Positions 27,048-37,883 are shown, numbered from the stretch's first letter. The stretch: DNA of 64,000 nucleotides from Methanobacteriota archaeon (GCA_009758405.1 WSBC01000032.1:87934-151933), one strand, 5' to 3'. Notes: generated by a model not told the origin, from the letters alone. Program-made: numbers and translations.

Positions 27048-27463
27048 TGAATATGATGCATAGAATTGAGGGAAATTTGATATTTGCGAAATTGGACAAG
27101 GGAGAGGATGTTTTTTCCTCTATTGAGAGATTGATCGAAATCTATGGGATAAAGGGAGGAACAGTGCTTTCAGGCATAGGCATGCTGAGGGAATTTGAGA
27201 TAGGCTATTTTAACGGGAAGGAGTATGAAAAGAAATTTGTGGAAAAGAACCACGAACTTGTTGCACTACATGGAAGTATTTCCCAGGATGAGCCAAGGCT
27301 CCACCTTCATGCTGGACTGGCAGGGCCAGATCATATGATCATTGGTGGCCATCTCTTCAGGGGAAAGGTTGATCCTCTTCTGGAGCTCACCATTGCAGTT
27401 ACATCTTTCCCAATGAAAAGGGTTTATAATGAAAAAACAAACCTAAAAGAGTTAAGCCTATAA
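27047..27463 (+). CDS. PPC/DUF296-domain protein (PCC1-like DNA-binding fold)
   Basis: Conserved core GTVLSGIGMLREFEIGYF...LHGSIS...PRLHLHAGL...GGHL. I start at ATG 27047 (TGATG junction) rather than the track start 26978, which lies inside the upstream gene. Confidence 0.65.
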   Translation: MNMMHRIEGNLIFAKLDKGEDVFSSIERLIEIYGIKGGTVLSGIGMLREFEIGYFNGKEYEKKFVEKNHELVALHGSISQDEPRLHLHAGLAGPDHMIIGGHLFRGKVDPLLELTIAVTSFPMKRVYNEKTNLKELSL

Positions 27464-28140
27464 TGCTACAGGATATAATTTTTATTGCGATTATACTAAT
27501 TTTATTTTATATTTCAATAAGGATTGGGATTCTGGACATATGGGGATCAATATTATCATTATTTCTTGGTATTTTTGTTTACTATTTTGGAGGTCCTGAA
27601 TATCTTATATTACTAATTTCATTTGTAGCAGTTTCTTATTTAGCCACAGTATACAAGAGCAAATATAAAAGGGACATTTATGGTATGAGCACAAAAAGAA
27701 TGGCAGGTAGCGTTATATCCAAAGGTATAATACCTTTCATTTTAATAATTATACCTTTTTTACCTCAGGTTAGATTCTATCTTTTTTCAGCATCCGTTGC
27801 GGTTGCAACAGCAGATACAGTTTCAGGAGAGATAGGTATATTTTCAGAAAATACTTACACTCCCATCGGATTTAAAAAGACAAAACCAGGTGAGGAGGGT
27901 GCAGTCTCTATTCTGGGGGAAATTTCTGCTCTAGTTTCATCATCTACTATAGCATTAATATATTTCATATTCTCTAAAAATTTAATATATTCTTTCTTTG
28001 TGATTATCATTGGCTTTGTAGGGGCTAATATTGACAGTATACTTGGAGCTACACTTGAAAGGAGGGGAATTATTGGTAAACATGCAGTAAACATCCTTGC
28101 AATAATTATAAGTATAATCTTTGCATATACATTAATATGA
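27463..28140 (+). CDS. DUF92/TMEM19-family integral membrane protein
   Basis: 225 aa, polytopic. VATADTVSGEIG matches the conserved DUF92 acidic motif. Confidence 0.6.
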   Translation: MLQDIIFIAIILILFYISIRIGILDIWGSILSLFLGIFVYYFGGPEYLILLISFVAVSYLATVYKSKYKRDIYGMSTKRMAGSVISKGIIPFILIIIPFLPQVRFYLFSASVAVATADTVSGEIGIFSENTYTPIGFKKTKPGEEGAVSILGEISALVSSSTIALIYFIFSKNLIYSFFVIIIGFVGANIDSILGATLERRGIIGKHAVNILAIIISIIFAYTLI

Positions 28141-29351
28141 AAAAGATCATTCTCTTGATTCTGGATGGTCTTGGTGACAGACCCCTGGATTATTTGGGTG
28201 GAAAGACACCACTTCAGGCTGCAAAAAAGAAAAATATCAACAGGCTTGCCTCAATGGGGATGGTAGGTTTATTTGATCCAATTTCTCCAGGAATAAGGCC
28301 GGGTAGTGACACAGCACATCTTTCAATACTAGGATATGATCCTTTTAAGGTTTATACAGGAAGGGGACCCTTTGAGGCCCTTGGTCTGGGTATGGATTTG
28401 AGACCCGGTGATATTGCCTTCAGAGGGAATTTTGCTACAGTTGACAGTAATATGGTTGTTCTTGATAGAAGGGCAGGAAGAATAGATAAAGGTACAGATG
28501 AGTTGGCAAAAGCACTTAATATTGTGATTGATGGTGTTGAGATTATGGTAAAGGAAGGTGTTGAGCACAGGGCAGGAGTAGTATTCAGGGGTGCGGGGCT
28601 TTCACCAAATGTCACAGACGTGGATCCGCATGAGGAGGGAAAGAGTATTTTAAAGGCAAGAGCATTAACAGAAGATGGTAAAAAAACAGCCGATATAATA
28701 AATAAATTCATTTCTAAGAGCTACGAGATACTTGAGAACCATCCTGTAAACAAGCAAAGGAAAAAGGAAGGTAAAATGCCTGCCAATATAATTATGCTGA
28801 GAGGTGCTGGTATAGTTCCAGAGCTTGAAGGATTTAATAAAAAATATGGTATGAAAGGAGCCTGCATAGTGGGTGTTCCTCTTTTATCAGGCCTTTGTAA
28901 ACTTGCAGGAATGGATGTGATAAAGGTACCTGGGGTAACTGGAACTGTTAATACTAATATGGAAAACAAGATTAGATACGCTATTGAGGCAACGAGGGAT
29001 TATGATTTTATTCTTGTCAACATAAAGGCCACGGATGTTGCCGGACATGATGGAAATGGAAAGTTGAAGAAGGAGATAATAGAAAGGGTAGATTCTGCAA
29101 TAGAACCCTTCTTAGATAATCTTGACAAAATCACACTAATGATAACAGGGGATCATTCCACGCCATGCAGTGTTAAGGATCATACAGGTGATCCTTTACC
29201 AGTTCTTGTGGTTACCGAAGGAATTAGAAGGGATGGAATAGATGAATTTGATGAGGTCTCAGTTTCGCGTGGCAGTCTTAGAATAAGGGGGCATGATGTA
29301 ATAAATATACTTTTAAACTATAGTGATAGGGCGGAGAAATTCGGTGCATGA
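28137..29351 (+). CDS. apgM: 2,3-bisphosphoglycerate-independent phosphoglycerate mutase, archaeal type
   Basis: 404 aa. MKKIILLILDGLGDRP, GSDTAHLS and TGDHSTP motifs. Confidence 0.85.
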   Translation: MKKIILLILDGLGDRPLDYLGGKTPLQAAKKKNINRLASMGMVGLFDPISPGIRPGSDTAHLSILGYDPFKVYTGRGPFEALGLGMDLRPGDIAFRGNFATVDSNMVVLDRRAGRIDKGTDELAKALNIVIDGVEIMVKEGVEHRAGVVFRGAGLSPNVTDVDPHEEGKSILKARALTEDGKKTADIINKFISKSYEILENHPVNKQRKKEGKMPANIIMLRGAGIVPELEGFNKKYGMKGACIVGVPLLSGLCKLAGMDVIKVPGVTGTVNTNMENKIRYAIEATRDYDFILVNIKATDVAGHDGNGKLKKEIIERVDSAIEPFLDNLDKITLMITGDHSTPCSVKDHTGDPLPVLVVTEGIRRDGIDEFDEVSVSRGSLRIRGHDVINILLNYSDRAEKFGA

Positions 29352-30151
29352 TTGAATATATAATATTCTTTTCGCTTTTAATTATAATCACCTTTATTTT
29401 TATTATAAACAGAGAAGGTTTATTCTTAATAGTTTTATCGAATGTAATAATTTTTTCAATTGAACTCATATACCCTCAAAGCATCTATTTACTTGCATAC
29501 AATACATCAAATCCTTTATCTATCAACCTTTTAACTGGAATTTTTGCCCATTACAATTATATGCACATTTTATTTAATATGGTAGTTCTTCTCTTCATAG
29601 GTTTTCCATTGGAGGTAAGGATAGGAACAAGGAGGTTCCTTATAATATATCTTTTTACAGGTATATTATCAGAAATCATTTTCTCTCTTATTTATATTGG
29701 AAGTGAAACCCTTCTTATTGGTGCTTCTGGTGCAATATTTGGGGTAATGGGTGCATTGTTAAGACTTTACCCCGATGACGAGATACCCATGTTTCTTGGT
29801 TTCATATTTTTGCCTAGAATAAAGGTAAAATATGCAGTACTGTTTGCCGCAATAATTGAATTTCTTGCCATTTTCCTCTCATATGAAAATGATATTGCCC
29901 ATATTGTACATGTTTCTGCATTAGTAATTGGAATATTGATAGCACCTTTTATTTCTGGCATGCATGGATTGAGCTCCCTACAGGCTATTGCAAGTGATGA
30001 AGAATCAAGAAAATTGCTTAGGGAAATAATGAAAGAAAGAATACCTGAGATGAAAAAAATACTTTTAGAAGAATTTTTGAAAAAGAAATGTAAGAAATAT
30101 GAAATTAATAAAAATTATGTTTTATGTGATGGTAAAAAGTACAGGTTATGA
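29348..30151 (+). CDS. Rhomboid-family intramembrane serine protease
   Basis: 267 aa. HYNYMHILFNM (HxxxN) and GASGAIFGVMG (catalytic Ser), with a His in a later TM (AHIVH). Confidence 0.8.
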   Translation: MIEYIIFFSLLIIITFIFIINREGLFLIVLSNVIIFSIELIYPQSIYLLAYNTSNPLSINLLTGIFAHYNYMHILFNMVVLLFIGFPLEVRIGTRRFLIIYLFTGILSEIIFSLIYIGSETLLIGASGAIFGVMGALLRLYPDDEIPMFLGFIFLPRIKVKYAVLFAAIIEFLAIFLSYENDIAHIVHVSALVIGILIAPFISGMHGLSSLQAIASDEESRKLLREIMKERIPEMKKILLEEFLKKKCKKYEINKNYVLCDGKKYRL

Positions 30152-32845
30152 CCTCCAATACTTCTTGGTCCTTGCAAAGTTTAGTTCTGCCTCAGCAATA
30201 TCCTTCACAAGAGATAAAATGTCAGAGTGAGGAGTCCTTAATATCCTCAGTGCAGTATCATAGCCTATTCCCCTTCCTGCTAGGGCAATGATCGCCTCTT
30301 TCCTATAAGTCCTTACAAGGTTTGAAATATTCAATGCCTTTTCATAAAAATCCTTCTCTTCTTTAGTCCTGGGACCATTTTTAATTATTGATATTTTTTC
30401 CCTCTCATACTTCCTTAGAACTGTTACCCTTACGGATCCGCAATAAATACATCTTGTATCATTTACCTCCTCTACCTTCCTTGTCCAGGAGCTCCTGCAA
30501 TCCATACATACAAATATCATCTCCTGGTTCATCAGCCTTGTTTTTATAGAATTCAATACAGTGGGAGTTAATTTAGTCCTCCCGGATTTATTATCTATAT
30601 AATTAAGATATGACTCCATGGTCCTGTCAAAATTAACGATCTCTATATCTATCTCATTTTTTCTCATACTCTCGAGAATTTTTTCTGTATTCTGAAGGTC
30701 AAGAAAATCCCACTTTGATTTTTCCAGTGCCTCTTTATAGATATATGTATCCCTGTAGAGATCAATCACCTTTTCAAGCTTAATTTTTGCAAGATCTGCC
30801 TCCTTAGAAATAACACCGAATTTCTTTGCAACGTAAACAAATATCCTGGGAAAGAACCTAGAGTAGGAAATGTATTTTTCTATTTTTTCAGAAATATTAT
30901 TTTCATTCATCAATATATTCTTTATAAACTTTTCATCCACAGGAAGATCATTTGAAGAAATTATAATGGTATAGGGGGAAATACTAATCATTGTATCAGT
31001 GCCATTTTCTCTTAATATGCCAGATATTAAAAGTGCAATCGTTTCGTTAACCTTTGTTCCAAATGTATCCTCTATAATGGTGTCCGGGCCGTTTCTGGAA
31101 ATCCTAATCTTTCTATGATTGGAATGTGGAAGGGACCACCAATCTTTTAACTTCAAAGAACAGCTCTCATTTGTAAAATCTGGGATTTTGCCATATTCCC
31201 TCAGATTTGCAACATTCATGGCAATCTCAAACGGGACAGGAATATCCTCACCCATCCATTTTGGCGGATTTCCAATCTCTTCAACGAATTCAACCAGTAT
31301 AACATCATCCTTTATATCAAGCACCCTCCATGTAATGCCCTTAATCACAAAGGTCTGGCCTATTGCCACCTCTGTGGATACAAAGGTTTCATCAAGTATC
31401 CCTATAAATTTGTTGGATGAGATATCTATTACTCTATAGTTTTTCTCATCAGGAATCATTGATATATTGTCATAAAAGTATTCAAGGGATCTTGAACCCC
31501 TATGGATATATTTACCATCAAATCTTACAAGCCTTATGGATTCAAGGAACTTAATAAAATCAATAAGTTCTTCCTCAGTAATATCTATGAATGGATATGA
31601 ATTCTTAAGAGTTTTTAAAAGTAATTCATATTCAAGTGACCCCTCAGAATATACCCATGCACTTATCTGATTGGCCAGAACCACAAGTGGCTTTTTCCTT
31701 ACCCTAAGTTCCTCCACCCATCCCTTTTTCATCAGATCAACAACAGATACTGCCTCTTCAAGTTCTACAGGATCCCCTGAAACTATAGTGCCCCTTGCAA
31801 CATGTCCCAATCTATGCCCAGATCTTCCAATCCTCTGTATCAGTCTGTAAACCTGTCTTGGAGAATTAAATTGTACAATAAAATCAGTTTTTCCAACATC
31901 TATTCCAAGCTCCAGGGAGGACGTGCATATGAGTGCCTTAAGTTTTCCCTCCTTCAAAAGGTTTTCATTTTCCATTCTTACCTCCCTTGAAAGTGAACCG
32001 TGGTGAACACCTATCTCAAGGTCCTTATTCAATTTCTTTAATCTCATTGCAATATCCTCAGCAGTAAATCTAGTATTTACAAATATAAGGGAAGAGTTCC
32101 TGTCCTGAACTAGGTTCAAAACATGCATGATGGCGGAACCATAGTCAGGATCGCACATCATTATGTCACTTTCCTCCCTGTATATTCTTGGAGGTGCTTC
32201 AACATTCACAACAAACTCTTTCAAAAGAGAACTTTTGAATACATGAACATCATTTTTTGTTGAAAGGAACTTTGATATCTCCTCATGGTTTCCTACAGTT
32301 GCAGAAAGGCCAATTCTTTGTATATTACCTGATATAACTTGAAGTCTTTCGATAGCAAGGGAAAGCTGCCATCCCCTCTCATCCTGAACAAGCTCGTGAA
32401 CTTCATCAATAATTACAGTTTTCACATTTTTAAGATATTCCTTTATTTTTTTTCCAGAAAATAAAATTTGCAAAGTTTCAGGAGTAGTTATTAAAAGTTG
32501 AGGGATGTTTTCAAGCATCATCTTCCTTTCATATTGAGTTGAATCGCCATGTCGTATGTTAACAGTAACGTCCATCAGGGAAGCATACTTCATAATTCTT
32601 TCAAAAAGATCCCTGTTCAATGCCCTCAGTGGAGTCACATAGATAGCATGTATACCCTTAGGCTTTGTGTCATGTATCCTGGCCAAAATTGGAATTATTG
32701 CAGCCTCAGTTTTTCCGCTTCCAGTAGGTGCTATCAAAAGCATATTTTTTCCAGAATATACAGTTTCATAGACATTTACCTGATCTTCCGTAAGATTATC
32801 TATTCCCGCCTGCCTCAATTTTTCAATAACACTCTGATCAATCAC
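30146..32845 (-). CDS. Lhr-like DEAD/DEAH-box helicase with C-terminal Zn-ribbon
   Basis: 899 aa. APTGSGKT, DEVH, SAT and QRIGRSGH motifs. Long C-terminal extension containing CMDC...CIYCG. Confidence 0.75.
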   Translation of the reverse strand: MIDQSVIEKLRQAGIDNLTEDQVNVYETVYSGKNMLLIAPTGSGKTEAAIIPILARIHDTKPKGIHAIYVTPLRALNRDLFERIMKYASLMDVTVNIRHGDSTQYERKMMLENIPQLLITTPETLQILFSGKKIKEYLKNVKTVIIDEVHELVQDERGWQLSLAIERLQVISGNIQRIGLSATVGNHEEISKFLSTKNDVHVFKSSLLKEFVVNVEAPPRIYREESDIMMCDPDYGSAIMHVLNLVQDRNSSLIFVNTRFTAEDIAMRLKKLNKDLEIGVHHGSLSREVRMENENLLKEGKLKALICTSSLELGIDVGKTDFIVQFNSPRQVYRLIQRIGRSGHRLGHVARGTIVSGDPVELEEAVSVVDLMKKGWVEELRVRKKPLVVLANQISAWVYSEGSLEYELLLKTLKNSYPFIDITEEELIDFIKFLESIRLVRFDGKYIHRGSRSLEYFYDNISMIPDEKNYRVIDISSNKFIGILDETFVSTEVAIGQTFVIKGITWRVLDIKDDVILVEFVEEIGNPPKWMGEDIPVPFEIAMNVANLREYGKIPDFTNESCSLKLKDWWSLPHSNHRKIRISRNGPDTIIEDTFGTKVNETIALLISGILRENGTDTMISISPYTIIISSNDLPVDEKFIKNILMNENNISEKIEKYISYSRFFPRIFVYVAKKFGVISKEADLAKIKLEKVIDLYRDTYIYKEALEKSKWDFLDLQNTEKILESMRKNEIDIEIVNFDRTMESYLNYIDNKSGRTKLTPTVLNSIKTRLMNQEMIFVCMDCRSSWTRKVEEVNDTRCIYCGSVRVTVLRKYEREKISIIKNGPRTKEEKDFYEKALNISNLVRTYRKEAIIALAGRGIGYDTALRILRTPHSDILSLVKDIAEAELNFARTKKYWRS

Positions 32846-32865
32846 AGATAGGGAAAATTATGGTA

Positions 32866-34524
32866 TTATAAAAAGTTAGATGTTTTTTTGTTCATTAAGG
32901 GATAAAGTTCTAGGATTGTTATTAAAATTATCGAATATATTAAAATTGATAGTATTGGCATAAAAATTAAGAATCTGTAGGTTATTGAATTAAATAATAA
33001 AAATATTAAAAATAAAAATATTATTGTATCAATTACCATAAGTATCCCTTTACCATTTTTATTTGTTAATGAGATTGTTCTAATTACATTGGAAATGTGG
33101 TTGTTTATCATATAAAAATAGAGTATAAAAGTTCCAAGAGTAATGATTATTAAATAAATATTTAAAGTTAAAAAATTCAAAATTATTAAAATGGGAAGTA
33201 TAAATGAAATTATGAACACCCAAGGATTCCTTTTTATTATTGGTATATTTTTTGAAAAAAATATTGCATGCATTATCCTTGAGATAGTTGATGCAGTATA
33301 GGCGATATTTCTTGGTACTATCTTTGAAAGTGCCCTGGATATTTTGATAGACATCCTTAATAAAAATGGCGTAATTATGCTTGTGACAATTACAACCGCA
33401 CCTGTAATACTAAAAAGTGGTGCTGAGAGGGGTAAGAGTGTGCCGGATTCGGTGGAAATACTTTTTGCCAGGTTTGCAAATATCAATGAATCCTCGCTTC
33501 TTGGTATTAAACCCACTCCTATAAATATTGCACCCTTGGCAGAAAAACCTGCCAAATATGCAATTGAAGATATTATTATCATTTCACCAAGGATTATTGA
33601 TAATATGATTATGACAATTAGATAAAGGTAATTAATGAATGCGGAGAAGTCAACACCAATTCCGTAGGTAACAAAAAATATTGCGGCAAATGCATATTTA
33701 AAAGAGATTAGTCTTGATTCTATCTCCTTGGCAATATCGGTTTGTGAGAAAAGCATACCGGCAAAAAATGCTCCAATAGCGGGGCTAATGTTGAATATTT
33801 CTAGAACAGAACTTATGAGGAAAATCATAGATAGTACAAAGAGGATAAAAATCTCTTCATTCTTTTTTGTAAAGAATCTCCTTTTTATTGTTGGTAAAAA
33901 TATCATTGAAAGAAATATTATAAATGTAATGAAGGCCGATATCCCAACATATTCTATATTTAATAGATTTGGCCAGAAGGCATTTGTCATTATGCTTCCC
34001 ATGAATATTACTACCATTACGATTGATATAATGTCTTCCATTATTAGCATTGAAATAAGAGCATCACTTTCATCAAATGATAATTTCTTCAGGTCATCCA
34101 TTGTTTTGGCAGAAACTACTACACTGCTTGCAGAAACTATAAATCCGAGAAAAATTGAATCATAAAGATCCCAGGAGAATGCAAGACCTATAAGAAGGCC
34201 AATTGAAAAGAGTATGGATAGATCAAATGATGCAAGCATTAAAGATACTGTACCCGTTTTCCTGAATTTTTGAGGATTTATATTCAGCCCTATAAAGAAA
34301 AGTATCATTACAAGACCAAGTTGTGAAAATGTATTAATAACTACATTATTTACCATAAAACCAGTATAATGAAAATTAAATATTGTAAACGATATGGAGG
34401 GACTTAGAATTAGACCTATAACAAGATATCCAATCATGGTAGATTGCCTAATTCTCGATGCTAAAAGACCACCGACCAGGGCAAGAAAGAAAAGAATACC
34501 TATCTGAAGGAAGAGTATGTCCAT
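32866..34524 (-). CDS. CPA2-family cation:proton antiporter (Kef/KhtU-like)
   Basis: 552 aa, polytopic. N-terminus LALVGGLLASRIRQSTMIGYLVIGLILSP is typical of the Na_H_Exchanger fold. The C-terminal about 150 aa are extra TM segments rather than an RCK domain. Confidence 0.75.
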   Translation of the reverse strand: MDILFLQIGILFFLALVGGLLASRIRQSTMIGYLVIGLILSPSISFTIFNFHYTGFMVNNVVINTFSQLGLVMILFFIGLNINPQKFRKTGTVSLMLASFDLSILFSIGLLIGLAFSWDLYDSIFLGFIVSASSVVVSAKTMDDLKKLSFDESDALISMLIMEDIISIVMVVIFMGSIMTNAFWPNLLNIEYVGISAFITFIIFLSMIFLPTIKRRFFTKKNEEIFILFVLSMIFLISSVLEIFNISPAIGAFFAGMLFSQTDIAKEIESRLISFKYAFAAIFFVTYGIGVDFSAFINYLYLIVIIILSIILGEMIIISSIAYLAGFSAKGAIFIGVGLIPRSEDSLIFANLAKSISTESGTLLPLSAPLFSITGAVVIVTSIITPFLLRMSIKISRALSKIVPRNIAYTASTISRIMHAIFFSKNIPIIKRNPWVFIISFILPILIILNFLTLNIYLIIITLGTFILYFYMINNHISNVIRTISLTNKNGKGILMVIDTIIFLFLIFLLFNSITYRFLIFMPILSILIYSIILITILELYPLMNKKTSNFL

Positions 34525-34527
34525 TTT

Positions 34528-34917
34528 TCATTCTCCTGCAACTATTATATCTCCCTTTTTTGGCTTTATTTCCATGTTTCTTTCAATTTTTCCTTCCCTG
34601 ATCAGAAATAATGCATTATTCATATAATCTCTGAGAGGCATATCAATGTCATTATAAACAGGTATCCATTTCAATATTGATTTACCCAAGTTTATTTCAT
34701 TTTTACCCTCCTTTTTCTGGTAGTAGGTTTCAAGGAGAAGCATTGCAAGAATCCTTGCCTCCTCTTCCTGAAGGGGGAGCACAACTATATTTTCATTGTG
34801 AACAAAATATATTTCCTTTGATCCATCAAATTTTGAGATTACAGAAAATTCTCCACTTTGACCCTTAAATGTAACCTTTGTTCCTAAACCTGGAAGTGGA
34901 GTCTCAAATATTTCCAT
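34528..34917 (-). CDS. KhtT-like antiporter regulatory subunit
   Basis: 129 aa. MEIFETPLPGLGTKVTF matches the N-terminus of cation:proton antiporter regulatory subunits. Lies 3 nt upstream of the antiporter gene. Confidence 0.5.
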   Translation of the reverse strand: MEIFETPLPGLGTKVTFKGQSGEFSVISKFDGSKEIYFVHNENIVVLPLQEEEARILAMLLLETYYQKKEGKNEINLGKSILKWIPVYNDIDMPLRDYMNNALFLIREGKIERNMEIKPKKGDIIVAGE

Positions 34918-35023
34918 GAAGGGATTGAATGTAAACTATTTATTTTATCTTTTTGATCATTATTTTTTATTATTCATATAACATTTTGTAAATAGGGAAA
35001 AATGTCACTCAAGAACATTATTT

Positions 35024-36235
35024 TTAAAAAGCCCATATAAAATTAAAAAGGGTGAATATAACAATGAATATTATCATAAAGAATGTGGTCCAAAGAATTC
35101 CTTTCCTGTATTTATCATTCTTATATTTACCAAGTATGTTCTCCCTTGAAGATAACCTTATAAGAAAATACAGAGGTATGGGTAAAAGTACTGTATTTAA
35201 AACCATTGAATTTATCATCAGATTTATTAGGTCTGGGAAAAATGCAGTTATCATTGCCGCTGGTATTATTTCAACCATATAGAATATGTAAAACACCCTG
35301 GCCTTCGATAATTTCAAATTAAGGCTGTTTGGTATGCCAAAATAATCTCCAATAGACCAGGATGATGATAGAGATATAACTATTCCAGAAAGCAAACCTG
35401 CACCTATTATACCAACTGCAAATAGATAGGGTGAGAGCGTACCAGCATATGGGGAAAATATCCCAGAAAGTGACAATATATCAGTTTTTTTATCAATCTT
35501 TCCAAAGAAAAGTGAAGCGGATGTAAACATAATTGCAATCATAATTATCTCGCTCATCACTGATCCTATTAACGTCTCTTTTCTCTCATCACCCATTTTC
35601 TCGATTTGAATATTTGAATCAACAATTGCATTCCCCTGGTAAAATATCATCCAGGGCATAATTACTGCTCCAATATTACCTAAAATCAATATAAGATATT
35701 CCTTGTTGAATATTGGTATGTTAACCATAGTTTTTAATACCTCTAACGAAGGTCTTGAAAACATTGCACTTATAAGAAAAGTAAGTATTATTGCAGAGAT
35801 ATATATTAGGATACTTTCTACCTTTTTATAACTACCCCTTAAAACAACAAAGGTGTGCAATATTGCAGCAAGGGTTACGGATACCCAAATTGGTATATGA
35901 AAAATAAGGCCCCCAGAGGCTATACCTGCAAATTCTCCAACAAAACCTATTGAATTTATTATTACCATGGTTCCTATGGAAACAAAGGATGAAAAATTAC
36001 CATAATTTTCCTTTATCAACCTTCCAAGACCTTTACCTGTAACGATTGATAACCTTGCGGATGTTTCTTGAACAAAATAAAGGGGAATTATTAGTAATAA
36101 TAGTAGCCAAAATAGTGAAAGGCCAAAAATTGAACCAGATACTATGGCGGTGAAGACGCTTGGGGCATCAATGTCTGCCATCATTACTATCCAGCCCGGT
36201 CCAAGAATTGACAAAATCTTAAATATCTTATTCAT
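35024..36235 (-). CDS. mntH: NRAMP-family divalent metal transporter
   Basis: 403 aa. GPGWIVMMADIDAPSVFT matches the Nramp DPGN-region consensus. About 11 TM. Confidence 0.8.
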   Translation of the reverse strand: MNKIFKILSILGPGWIVMMADIDAPSVFTAIVSGSIFGLSLFWLLLLLIIPLYFVQETSARLSIVTGKGLGRLIKENYGNFSSFVSIGTMVIINSIGFVGEFAGIASGGLIFHIPIWVSVTLAAILHTFVVLRGSYKKVESILIYISAIILTFLISAMFSRPSLEVLKTMVNIPIFNKEYLILILGNIGAVIMPWMIFYQGNAIVDSNIQIEKMGDERKETLIGSVMSEIIMIAIMFTSASLFFGKIDKKTDILSLSGIFSPYAGTLSPYLFAVGIIGAGLLSGIVISLSSSWSIGDYFGIPNSLNLKLSKARVFYIFYMVEIIPAAMITAFFPDLINLMINSMVLNTVLLPIPLYFLIRLSSRENILGKYKNDKYRKGILWTTFFMIIFIVIFTLFNFIWAF

Positions 36236-36872
36236 TCAATCTCACTGATAGTGCATAAATTCCTTCAAGAGGAAAAATTCCGTTCTCGTTTTCAATTGTT
36301 ACTGTGTCCATTGTTTTTGAAATTATCTTTATTTTTTTTCCTGGCATTATTCCATAGATCTTCATAAGCATTAGTGTGGTGGATTCTTCATAGCTTATTC
36401 TTTTCACTAAATAGTTCTTATTAGGTTCAGCGTCCAATGCACGTATGTCGTCCTTATCTTCCTCAATGTTAAAGCTGTTTCCATGGGGACATGTGCCCTT
36501 TTCACCAATCTTCTTCATAAAATACATCTCTAGTTCACCACTTATAGAATGTTCTATTTCGGAGGATAAAAGATGACATTTTTCCCATGGGACATCGAGT
36601 ATTTTAAAAAGGAAGGCCTCAGAAATTCTATGTTTTTTAACAGTTATTTTTGCAGCATCAAAACCAATAGATGTAAGCCTGAGGCCACTATAGGGAATTC
36701 TCTCGATGTATCCCTTTCCCTCAAGCCTTTTTAACTCATCGTTTATGGCTCCGGGTGAATATTTAAGAATTTTTGAAAGAAGTACAATCTTCGCAATTCC
36801 AAATGTGTCCTGCAATTCGTAAATTGCATTAATGTAATCTTCTTGCTGTCTTGTTAATTTAATGCTAACCAT
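36228..36872 (-). CDS. DtxR/MntR-family metal-dependent regulator with FeoA-like C-terminal domain
   Basis: TRQQEDYINAIYEL HTH start, metal-site region EHSISGE, C-terminal SH3/FeoA-like segment. I prefer ATG 36872 (MVSIKLTRQQEDY) to the track start 36935. Overlaps mntH by 8 nt. Confidence 0.75.
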   Translation of the reverse strand: MVSIKLTRQQEDYINAIYELQDTFGIAKIVLLSKILKYSPGAINDELKRLEGKGYIERIPYSGLRLTSIGFDAAKITVKKHRISEAFLFKILDVPWEKCHLLSSEIEHSISGELEMYFMKKIGEKGTCPHGNSFNIEEDKDDIRALDAEPNKNYLVKRISYEESTTLMLMKIYGIMPGKKIKIISKTMDTVTIENENGIFPLEGIYALSVRLNE

Positions 36873-36945
36873 AAAAAAAAGTAATGTATACAATAATTTA
36901 AAACTTTTGAATAAATTTTTTAATCTGAAAATCATTTATTATTTT

Positions 36946-37410
36946 ATGCAAATTCCAATACAGTTACCCCATTCGTTATTATCAATTGTTTCATTTCTTG
37001 AGTTTAATGGCATTTTAAATGGATTAATTCTTCTTCTAATTTCATTTCTATTAATAATTTTTTCAAGATACTTTAAATGGATTTTCCTAGTCATTTTTTT
37101 TATTATTGAATTCTATCTTTACATTACACTTAAGGCATATTTTAATGATACTAGGCTAATATTAATTGGAATTTTATCATCTATGATCTTCTTTCCTTTT
37201 CTATACCTTTCGCTTAAAAATGGATATTCAATAACAATAATTAACATAATAGTTATTGGATATGTATTAATATTTCATAATATTTTATTTTCTTCTTGGA
37301 TCATATTTTCTATATTATTTATTTTTCTTTTTATATTTTCATTAATTACTTTTTATTTATTTTTAAAAATAAAAAGAAGGCTATTCGCACCTAGAGGTGA
37401 AAATGTATGA
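36946..37410 (+). CDS. Hypothetical polytopic membrane protein
   Basis: About 5 hydrophobic segments and no recognised motif. I prefer ATG 36946 (MQIPIQLPH) because the track start 36862 overlaps the divergent dtxR start. Confidence 0.45.
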   Translation: MQIPIQLPHSLLSIVSFLEFNGILNGLILLLISFLLIIFSRYFKWIFLVIFFIIEFYLYITLKAYFNDTRLILIGILSSMIFFPFLYLSLKNGYSITIINIIVIGYVLIFHNILFSSWIIFSILFIFLFIFSLITFYLFLKIKRRLFAPRGENV

Positions 37411-37883
37411 ATTACCAGAGTATATTAACCTTGATTGAATCTAACCCCGGGATGCTTTTATTATTTACAATTATTGTTTCTATAGTTGCCCTTGAGGCAA
37501 TGGTTTACATAAGATCAATAAGATATATATTGTTTGGTATATTGATATCAGGGCTCCTATTTATTGCACTTTCCTATTATTTTTTTGGTTTTAGTCTGCT
37601 AAGCCTTAGCCCCGCTCTTTATTTTATTATTGGCACATCTATACTACTTTCCCTAACATTTGTATTGGCCTTATTTATATTCATTTTATTGCTCATTGAC
37701 CTTCTTCTTGTACTTCATACTTTCTTTCTCATGGATTTAAACAGTATATATACATGGATAGTTGGTATAATTCTTGCTATTATTTTCTATTTAATTTTAC
37801 ACTATTATGGGAAAAAATTAAATAAACTAGTTTTTGAAATCGATGATGAATTAAAAAGGGGTGCAACGAAGTTTGAAAAATAA
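37407..37883 (+). CDS. Hypothetical polytopic membrane protein
   Basis: 158 aa with 4-5 hydrophobic segments. ATGA overlap with the upstream ORF. Charged C-terminal tail. Confidence 0.45.
   Translation: MNYQSILTLIESNPGMLLLFTIIVSIVALEAMVYIRSIRYILFGILISGLLFIALSYYFFGFSLLSLSPALYFIIGTSILLSLTFVLALFIFILLLIDLLLVLHTFFLMDLNSIYTWIVGIILAIIFYLILHYYGKKLNKLVFEIDDELKRGATKFEK

Noticed and set aside
36862-36945. Track start of the first membrane ORF, and the dtxR-like start at 36935, which would overlap head-to-head by 74 nt
   Set aside because: Internal ATGs (36946 and 36872) give N-termini consistent with the hydrophobic core and with the DtxR HTH respectively. They also restore a 73-bp divergent promoter region.
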